DNA from: Terriglobia bacterium
Lineage (GTDB): Bacteria > Acidobacteriota > Terriglobia > JAJPHL01 > JAPKYU01
NCBI GenBank assembly: GCA_965206645.1
Contig: CBDBKE010000004.1
Location: 128,001 to 192,000 of the forward strand
Direction: 5' to 3'
Length of the DNA: 64,000 nt
Below the pieces are notes generated by a model, which was given only the letters and a program-made list of their open reading frames with translations, was not told the DNA's origin and ran no database searches. Position numbers and translations under genes: made by a program. Below, piece after piece: positions 57,190 to 64,000 of the stretch (the stretch's first letter is position 1; every line of letters starts with the position of its first letter).

Positions 57190-57206
57190 ATGCGTGTAAG
57201 TAGAAG

Positions 57207-60200
57207 CTAGAAGTTGAGCTTCAATGCCATCTGTCCCGTGCGAGCTTGATTCCCTGCGCCGCTAATCGTGCCAAAGGTAAGTTGGCTCACATCAATGGAA
57301 GGATTGCCGAACCGAACCCGGTTGAGGACGTTGAAGAACTCAATCCGCCATTCGATATTGACACGTTCCGTGATGCTCGTTCGCTTGATCAGCCCGATGT
57401 TCTCCTGGTAGAACGGGAAAGTCCTGACACCTGTGACAGAGGGCCCGTTTCCGAAGGTAAAGTCGGCGGGAATCTCAAAAGCAGATGGGTTGAGGAACTT
57501 ATCGCGTGATGCTGTGGCTAAACCGACGCCGGGGTCGAAATCGCCGCTGGCCCCTCCCTGAGACACTCCCGAAACTACGTTGGGAAGCTGGCGGCGACTG
57601 AACAAGCCCACGGTGTTGGGGGCAATCACCTGGATCGGATTTCCCGTCTGGTAGGTCAGGGCCCCAGTGATATTCCAGCCGCTCAGCACCTTGGCCGCAG
57701 CGCCGGTCGTCCCGCCGCCTAGCAGCTTTCCAGGACCAATCGGCAGTTCATACATGAACGCCGTGACCCATCGCGCCGCGATGTCGGAAGGCGCAATCGC
57801 CTTTTCCAGTTGCCGGTTATAGAAGTCGCGCGCCCGTGGCGACCAGAAAGCGCCCCAATTGGAATCCGAGTCGGTCAGCATCTTGGACCAGCGGAACGAA
57901 CTCAGCAGGTATAGGCCCCCCGTGAGCCGTCTCTCAAGCTTCGCTTGAAATGAGTGGAAAGTTGAGTTTCCAATGCCAACCGCGTCGATCGAGTCCCCGC
58001 CGATGTCCCCAACGGTCCCGACCAGGTTGTATTGCGGGAAAGGCCGCAAGGCCTGGGCCAGGGTGCCATCGAATCCTGCGTAGGGAGGCGAGAAGCCAGC
58101 CGCCGCAACCGCAGGGTCGTTAATGTTTCTGGTGAGCAGACCTGCGGGCCCCAGCGAGAGGAAGCTGGGATTGAGCTGGTTTTGATTAAAGATACCGCTC
58201 GTCAGCCGCGTTCCCTTGTTGCCCACATAGGCGACGTCAATGAGCCAATTGCCGGGCAACTGATGCTGAATATTGAAGCTCCATTCCTGCCTGTAAGGTA
58301 TTTTGTCAGTATCGTGGAACTCCCAGGCGCGGCCGCCATTGGCGAAGCCCGGCTCAAGAAGCGGAGGCCGCCGATAGAATGGAAATCCCAGAGTATCGGG
58401 ATTGCTCCAGTTGTAGGCAGGCGAGATGCCGTTATCGGGCGATATTAAACTGGGAAGGGCCTCAAAGCCGATCGCCGAGCGCCGCAGGTTCCCGGCCATG
58501 TGGATCATCGTCCCGTAGTAGTGGACGCCGTATCCGACACGAAGCACCGACGAAGGCGCAAACCTCCAGGCTATACCGATGCGCGGAGCAAAGTTGGTCT
58601 TATCCACCTTGTCCGCGCCGAGTAAACGGCTCGCTCCGGTGCGTCCCGGGCCTTGACCAGCAAAAATTAGCGCACCAGGTCGTCCCCCGGCGTCGGGATT
58701 GGGCAGGTTGAGATCCAGGACCGACCAGTTGTCATTCACATCGCGCATGGGAGTGAAAATATCCCACCGCACACCCATGTTCAGCGTGAGGGTCGGGGTG
58801 AGCTTGATGTCATTCTGGAAATATATTCCCAACATATTGACCCGAGACCTCGATAGTCCGTCGGGTTGAAATGCCGGGTCCAGAAGCCCCGCCGAGTCTA
58901 CATCGCCTAACAAGTAGCTCGCAAAATCAAGGCCCGTTCCGCCCGTGCCAGGCAGTCCAGTCTGGGTCCGCCTAAAATTAAAGCGCCCGTTGCTGGGAGC
59001 CGAAAACTGGTCCACGTGGATGGTGCGGTAGTCCATACCGATCTTGATGTTGTGCTTGCCGCGAAGCACCGTCAGAGTGTCCGAAAAAACGTAGACGTTT
59101 TGATAGAAATTCGTGTTCGTATCAATCGAGCCCCCGGAGCCGCTGATTCGAGCATAGCTTCCAGCCTCAAAGTTGATGTCGGGAAACGCGCCGTCATGGA
59201 GGCCGGTGAATGGGGCCTGCCCCTGCGGGCCCCGCATGCCGAAGCCCAGTGTGTCCGCCCATCCGTCTCCATCGCCCAGCATGAAGAACCCCTCAGGGTT
59301 CTGATTGAAGCCGCCCGCCAAATGATTGGTCACCGTCGGCGAGATTACGAAGTCCCAAGCGCCCCGAATATTCAAATTGTGGAAGCTCCCCCTTGCGTTC
59401 TGGCCGTGCGGGAAGGGGATGTCACCGACAGTTAACCTGGGCGCGGGAGAATAATTGTACATGCCGTAGATGCTGTGCTTGTCTTTAATCCGATGATCCA
59501 TTCTTATGGTCAGCTTATAGAGTTTTTGTTTGGGCGCGGTTGTAGACAGAAAATTGTTGAACTCGCCCGCACTTGTCGGGCCAGTGAGAAAGCCGTTGAT
59601 GTTCCGTGATATCGCACTGATCCGGTCCGATGGGATGATGTTGCCGGGAAACGGGTCGCGAATGAGCCCGCCTGGCCCTTCGCGGGTGGTTGCCGGGTCG
59701 AAGATCTGGTTCGCCTGATAGGGAGTCCCTGCGATCGGAGCTCCCAACAGCCTAGAAAGATCGCCGCTCTTGGCGGCGGCAGTTGGCACGGAAAGAAAAG
59801 CGCTCCCTCCGGCATCGCTCCGCCTGAAGTAGGTTTGGTTCGCAAAGACGAAGGTCCGATCCTTAAAGACTGGGCCGCCGATACTCCCTCCATACTCGTG
59901 CCAGCGCCGCTTCGGCACCGATGTGGCGAAGTAACCTCTCGCGTCCAGGTAGTCGTTACGCCAGAATTCATACAGGTTTCCGTGCCACTCATTGGTTCCG
60001 GACTTTGTGGTGAAACGTGCGACACCACCACCGGAGGAGGTCTCCGCCGTGGAGGTGCTTTGCGCCATCGAAGCTTCCTGAATCGCTTCGGGCGCGAAGG
60101 TCAACTCCCGACCTGTATTGGTCCACACCCCCGCTTGCGTACTCAGGCCGTCCAGGTGCATTTCCATGGTAAAGACCTGGCCACCATTCATTCTTTGGAA

Positions 60201-60758
60201 GAAGGTACTACCAACCTGTGAACTGCTGCTCCCGTCAGGGGCAGAGGTGCCGCCCGAAGAGGCGCCCGGCGTCAGGAAAATGAATTGAAGCGGCTGGCGG
60301 CCGCGGCCCCCAACCTCCAGAGGGATATCTGTCATCACGACTTGAGGGAGGACGCTTCCGACCTCGGTGGTCTCGGTTCTCAGTTGTGGCGCCGCCGCCG
60401 TCACTTCCACGCTTTCGGCCACCGCGCCCAGTTCCAGCGTGATGTCTAAGCCGACCACCTGCGAGACGTTCACTTCGACACCGGCTTGCACTGCGCGCTT
60501 GAAGCCGGCCAGCTCCACCGACACGACGTAGGTCTCCGGCCGCAGGTTCGCAACGTTGTACAGGCCGGAGGCGCTGGTCGTCGTTGTTAAGGCGACTCCC
60601 GTGGTAATGTTGGTGACTGTGACTGTGGCTCCGGGGACAGCTGCTCCCGTGGGATCCAGCACTGTTCCCCGAATCACTCCGCGCTCACCTACCTGTGCCG
60701 GCAAGTTCAGCGCGAATGCCAACACAAAAACCACGCCAAGAGACAGACTCTTCCTCAT
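57207..60758 (-). CDS. TonB-dependent receptor-like outer-membrane protein (CarboxypepD_reg N-terminus, Oar-like barrel)
   Basis: Signal peptide, IRGTVLDPTGAAVPGATVTV, TKSGTNEWHG, NFAPRIG and C-terminal QMALKLNF. Confidence 0.9.
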   Translation of the reverse strand: MRKSLSLGVVFVLAFALNLPAQVGERGVIRGTVLDPTGAAVPGATVTVTNITTGVALTTTTSASGLYNVANLRPETYVVSVELAGFKRAVQAGVEVNVSQVVGLDITLELGAVAESVEVTAAAPQLRTETTEVGSVLPQVVMTDIPLEVGGRGRQPLQFIFLTPGASSGGTSAPDGSSSSQVGSTFFQRMNGGQVFTMEMHLDGLSTQAGVWTNTGRELTFAPEAIQEASMAQSTSTAETSSGGGVARFTTKSGTNEWHGNLYEFWRNDYLDARGYFATSVPKRRWHEYGGSIGGPVFKDRTFVFANQTYFRRSDAGGSAFLSVPTAAAKSGDLSRLLGAPIAGTPYQANQIFDPATTREGPGGLIRDPFPGNIIPSDRISAISRNINGFLTGPTSAGEFNNFLSTTAPKQKLYKLTIRMDHRIKDKHSIYGMYNYSPAPRLTVGDIPFPHGQNARGSFHNLNIRGAWDFVISPTVTNHLAGGFNQNPEGFFMLGDGDGWADTLGFGMRGPQGQAPFTGLHDGAFPDINFEAGSYARISGSGGSIDTNTNFYQNVYVFSDTLTVLRGKHNIKIGMDYRTIHVDQFSAPSNGRFNFRRTQTGLPGTGGTGLDFASYLLGDVDSAGLLDPAFQPDGLSRSRVNMLGIYFQNDIKLTPTLTLNMGVRWDIFTPMRDVNDNWSVLDLNLPNPDAGGRPGALIFAGQGPGRTGASRLLGADKVDKTNFAPRIGIAWRFAPSSVLRVGYGVHYYGTMIHMAGNLRRSAIGFEALPSLISPDNGISPAYNWSNPDTLGFPFYRRPPLLEPGFANGGRAWEFHDTDKIPYRQEWSFNIQHQLPGNWLIDVAYVGNKGTRLTSGIFNQNQLNPSFLSLGPAGLLTRNINDPAVAAAGFSPPYAGFDGTLAQALRPFPQYNLVGTVGDIGGDSIDAVGIGNSTFHSFQAKLERRLTGGLYLLSSFRWSKMLTDSDSNWGAFWSPRARDFYNRQLEKAIAPSDIAARWVTAFMYELPIGPGKLLGGGTTGAAAKVLSGWNITGALTYQTGNPIQVIAPNTVGLFSRRQLPNVVSGVSQGGASGDFDPGVGLATASRDKFLNPSAFEIPADFTFGNGPSVTGVRTFPFYQENIGLIKRTSITERVNIEWRIEFFNVLNRVRFGNPSIDVSQLTFGTISGAGNQARTGQMALKLNF

Positions 60759-61128
60759 GATGGTCAAAACTCCTCTTTTCGTAAGCTAGACTTTCCACCC
60801 GAAACTGGGCAGATAGTAGGACAGTGCCATTTACCGTGTCAAGTGTTTTTTTTACGTCGTTTAGCCGACATCACCACTAGCCGAGAAATGCGCCCTGGTG
60901 GCGCCCACCCGCTCAAATGCTCGCGCCTGTTCGCACATTACGCCGTGCACCTCGAAGCCGGGGGCGGCAAGTCTGAGGATGAGGCTGAGGCTAAGGTGGA
61001 GGAATGTTCTCAATCCTCACGGGGCTGAGGCCGAGGAAGAAAAGCAGCTTCATGCCGGCTTTGCTATGGTCGCAGTCGTCCGGATCCGGACGGCTTCATC
61101 CTGGAAAAGGTCACTAAGGACATCCCAG

Positions 61129-64000
61129 TCAATTGGAAGCTGGCTGTGGAGGGGCAGGTTCGGTGCGCTCCGGCTCGCGTACCGTCAGGATATGGTTGGG
61201 CTGGACTCCCTCCAGCCGCTGCACCACTCCGCTGGGCCAGCGGATCTCCAGCAGGCGGATGGTCCGCTCACTCCCCAGGCCGAAGTGGACGCGCTTGTCG
61301 TTGGAGGACATGTAGCTGCCTGCGGTGCTCACAAAGGCGCGCTGCTCGCGTCCGGAGCCCGACACCAGGCGCAGCGCAGCCCCGATGCCTTCCCGGTTGC
61401 TGCGCGTGCCCACCGTGTTCACCAGCAGCCAGTAGTTCTCCGGCGGGCTGGCATTGCGCAGGACCAGCGCCGGACCGTCCAGGACACTGACGACGATATC
61501 CGGCCGCCCGTCGTTGTTCAGGTCGCCGAAGGCTGCGCCACGGGCGGCCAGCGGAACCTGGAAGGCCGGGCCCGCCTGCTGGGATACATCCTCGAAGCGG
61601 CCGCCCAGGTTGCGCATCAGCAGCAGCGGCTCCAGGTAACGCGCGAAGGTCTGCCGCAAGTGGATGTTGTCCATCACGTGGCCCTGGGCCACCATCAGGT
61701 CCTTCCAGCCGTCATTGTCGAAATCGACGAACTTGGTGCCCCAGCCCGAGTGCAACAGCGTGATGCGGGCGACCTCGGTGGGCCCTGAGGCGTACTCAAA
61801 CGAGTCGTCATCGTTGCGGAACAGCGCATAGCGCTGGGCAGCCAGAGCATTGACGAAGATGTCGGGCCAGCCATCATTGTCGTAGTCGCCGAAGTCAGTC
61901 CCCATCCCGGCAAACGTTTTTCCGTCGTCGTCATAAGCCAGGCCCAGCAACAGGGCGGTTTCGGTGAAGGTATCGTCGCCGTTGTTGCGGAACAGCTGCT
62001 GCGGGAACGAGTCGTTGGCCACGAAGATGTCAGGCCAGCCGTCGCGGTCGAAATCGTGCACCGCCACCCCCAACCCTTTTCCGGGCGAGGCTTCCACCCC
62101 CGATGGCCCAGACACATCGGTGAAGGTGCCGTCGCCATTGTTGCGGTAGAGCAGGTGGGAAATGGGCTTGAAACGGTCCGGGTGACAATACGCGCGGTAG
62201 CCGGGTTTGCGCGGTCCGCAGAACGGGCTCAACTGGAAGTCCCAGACCACGTAGCGCGTGACGAACAGGTCCAGGTGGCCATCGCGGTCATAGTCGAGGA
62301 AGGCTGCGCTGGCCGACCAGCCCCCGCCCCCTACGCCCGCCTGCTCTGTCACGTCGCGAAAGGTGCCGTCGCCGTTGTTGTGGTACAGGATGTTGTTCCC
62401 GTAATTGGTGACGTACAGGTCCGCATGCCCGTCGTTGTCATAGTCGCCCGCCACCGCCCCCATCCCGTAGGAATACCCCGCCACGCCCGCTTCCTCCGTG
62501 ACATCGGTGAAGGTGCCGTCTCCGTCGTTGCGGTACAGCCGGTTCCAATAGCGCGGCTCGGATTTGTCGGGCCGGGCGCCCTCCGGCATCGGGTCCGCCA
62601 GCGCCGCCCCGTTCACCAGGAACAGGTCCAGCAGCCCGTCGGCGTCGAAATCCAGCATCGCCACGCCGCCGACCATCGATTCCATCAGGTACTTCTCCGA
62701 GGTCTTGCTGTTCGCGGTCTTGAAGCTGATGCCCGAGCGGGCCGTCTCATCCACAAAGGAGATCGGGGGAGCCGTGGAAGCGGGCCTGGACTGCGGCCCG
62801 GCCCTCACCACCTCCAGAACCTTCTCCCGGGTCGCTCGCAAGCGCTTGAAGAGCGGTTCGGCTGCGGCCTCGTTGCCTTGGGCACGGTAAAGCCGTGCCA
62901 GGTTGTTCAGGGTCTGGGCCGCATCGGGATGCTCCGGGCCCAGAGCCTTCTCCTGGGTCGCCAGCAAGCGCTTGTAGAGTGGTTCGGCTGCGGCGTAGTC
63001 GCCCTGGATGTCGTAAAGCTCCGCTAGGTTGTTGAGGCTCGTGGCTATGTCGGGATGCTCCGGCCCCAGGGCTTTCTCCCGGATCGCCAGCGCGCGCTTG
63101 TAGAGCGGTTCGGCTGCCGCGTTGTTGCCTTGGATGTTGTAAAGCTCCGCCAAGTTGTTGAGGCTCGTGGCTACATCGGGATGCTCCGGCCCCAGAGCCT
63201 TCTCCCGGATCGGCAGCGCGCGCTTCAAGAGCGGTTCAGCTGCTGTGTAATTGCCCTGGGCGCGGTAAACCCCCGCTAGGTTGTTGAGGCTCCTGGCCAC
63301 GTCGGGATGCTCCGGCCCCAGAACCTTCTCCTGGATCGCCAGCGCGCGCTTCAAGAGCGGTTCGGCCGCGACGTAGTTGGCCTGGGCGTGATTCAGCCCC
63401 GCCAGGTTGTTGAGGCTCCTGGCCACATCGGGGTGCCCCGGCCACAGGGTCTCCTCCCGGATCGCCAGCGCGCGTTTCAACAGCGGTTCGGCTGCCGCGT
63501 TGTGGCCCTGGACGCGGTACAACTCCGCTAGGTTACTGAGGCTCGTGGCCACCGCGGGATGCTCCGGCCCCAGAGCCCTCTCCCGGATCGCCAGCGCACG
63601 CTTGTAGAGCGGTTCGGCTGCCGCGTTGTGGCCCTGGGCCTGGTAAATCCCCGCCAAGTTGTTGAGGGTCGTGGCCACCTCAGGATGCTCCGGCCCCAGA
63701 ACCTTCTCCTGGATCGCCAGTGAACGCTTCAAGAGCGGTTCGGCTTCCGCGTAGTTGCCCTGGGCGTGGTAAAACGCTGCTAGGTTGTTGAAACTCGTGG
63801 CTACGCTGGGATGCTCCGGTCCCAGAGCCTTCTCCTGGATCGCTAGCGCGCGCTTGAAGAGCGGTTCGGCTGCCGCGTAGCTGGCCCGGGCGTGGTACAG
63901 CCCCGCCAGGCTGCTAAGACTCGTGGCTACGTTGGGATGTTCCGGCCCCAGAACCTTCTTTTGAATCGCCAGCGCGCGTTTCAACAGCGGTTCGGCTTCC
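61129..64000 (-). CDS. 5'-partial protein: 42-aa TPR array fused to FG-GAP/CRTAC1 and ASPIC-UnbV domains
   Basis: ORF is open at the window edge. At least 9 LGPEHP.VA.SLNNLA repeats, repeated DYDNDGxxD and NNGDGTF motifs, and C-terminal VHFGLG..IRWPSG. Confidence 0.88.
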   Translation of the reverse strand, partial: EAEPLLKRALAIQKKVLGPEHPNVATSLSSLAGLYHARASYAAAEPLFKRALAIQEKALGPEHPSVATSFNNLAAFYHAQGNYAEAEPLLKRSLAIQEKVLGPEHPEVATTLNNLAGIYQAQGHNAAAEPLYKRALAIRERALGPEHPAVATSLSNLAELYRVQGHNAAAEPLLKRALAIREETLWPGHPDVARSLNNLAGLNHAQANYVAAEPLLKRALAIQEKVLGPEHPDVARSLNNLAGVYRAQGNYTAAEPLLKRALPIREKALGPEHPDVATSLNNLAELYNIQGNNAAAEPLYKRALAIREKALGPEHPDIATSLNNLAELYDIQGDYAAAEPLYKRLLATQEKALGPEHPDAAQTLNNLARLYRAQGNEAAAEPLFKRLRATREKVLEVVRAGPQSRPASTAPPISFVDETARSGISFKTANSKTSEKYLMESMVGGVAMLDFDADGLLDLFLVNGAALADPMPEGARPDKSEPRYWNRLYRNDGDGTFTDVTEEAGVAGYSYGMGAVAGDYDNDGHADLYVTNYGNNILYHNNGDGTFRDVTEQAGVGGGGWSASAAFLDYDRDGHLDLFVTRYVVWDFQLSPFCGPRKPGYRAYCHPDRFKPISHLLYRNNGDGTFTDVSGPSGVEASPGKGLGVAVHDFDRDGWPDIFVANDSFPQQLFRNNGDDTFTETALLLGLAYDDDGKTFAGMGTDFGDYDNDGWPDIFVNALAAQRYALFRNDDDSFEYASGPTEVARITLLHSGWGTKFVDFDNDGWKDLMVAQGHVMDNIHLRQTFARYLEPLLLMRNLGGRFEDVSQQAGPAFQVPLAARGAAFGDLNNDGRPDIVVSVLDGPALVLRNASPPENYWLLVNTVGTRSNREGIGAALRLVSGSGREQRAFVSTAGSYMSSNDKRVHFGLGSERTIRLLEIRWPSGVVQRLEGVQPNHILTVREPERTEPAPPQPASN
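62817..64000 (-). repeat. 126-bp tandem repeat array encoding TPRs (at least 9 units)
   Basis: Recurring near-identical blocks such as gagcggttcggctgc and gggatgctccggccccag with a 126-nt period. Confidence 0.9.

Noticed and set aside
60898-63027. Plus-strand ORFs of 296 and 323 aa
   Set aside because: Antisense to the FG-GAP/ASPIC gene, with no recognisable features.
62817-64000. Regular repeats as a CRISPR array
   Set aside because: The units are 126-bp in-frame coding TPR repeats without unique spacers, and no cas genes are present.

Overview
GC-rich bacterial chromosomal window. The CarboxypepD/Oar-type TonB receptor, ASPIC/UnbV protein, DUF5107-TPR protein and pilin style suggest Acidobacteriota (inference). 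Contents in order: (1-13.8 kb) housekeeping and accessory genes including an Slt-TPR transglycosylase, mocA/xdhC-like genes, REC-PilZ, an orphan nuoB, a ygfZ-like gene and pdxST; (13.8-24 kb) an IS1380-remodelled type IV pilus locus with two tandem pilins, two flanking GT-C-like membrane/TPR proteins and a PilH/PilI/PilG-like ABC module; (24-28.8 kb) an ECF sigma/anti-sigma pair, a radical SAM gene and tRNA-Pro(UGG); (28.8-37.7 kb) the most unusual block, in which sat-cysC (PAPS synthesis) is divergently paired with three AlkP-superfamily paralogues of different predicted topology, an Oxa1/DUF106-like membrane protein and a 68-aa protein sharing an RLxx(L/F)GYI tail with CysC, with no classical sulfotransferase or PAPS reductase present (candidate trans-envelope sulfation system); (38-44.5 kb) PilR/PilS-like two-component pair, pilD and two glycosyltransferases; (44.7-52 kb) a DUF1259 fusion plus beta-propeller, then isobutyryl-CoA-mutase-type icmAB with a Cys-less thiolase, DUF35 protein and thioesterase; (52-64 kb) an M20 peptidase, a frameshifted DUF5107-TPR gene, a TonB receptor and a TPR-repeat/FG-GAP protein. 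All family calls come from motif recognition by eye; no database searches were run.
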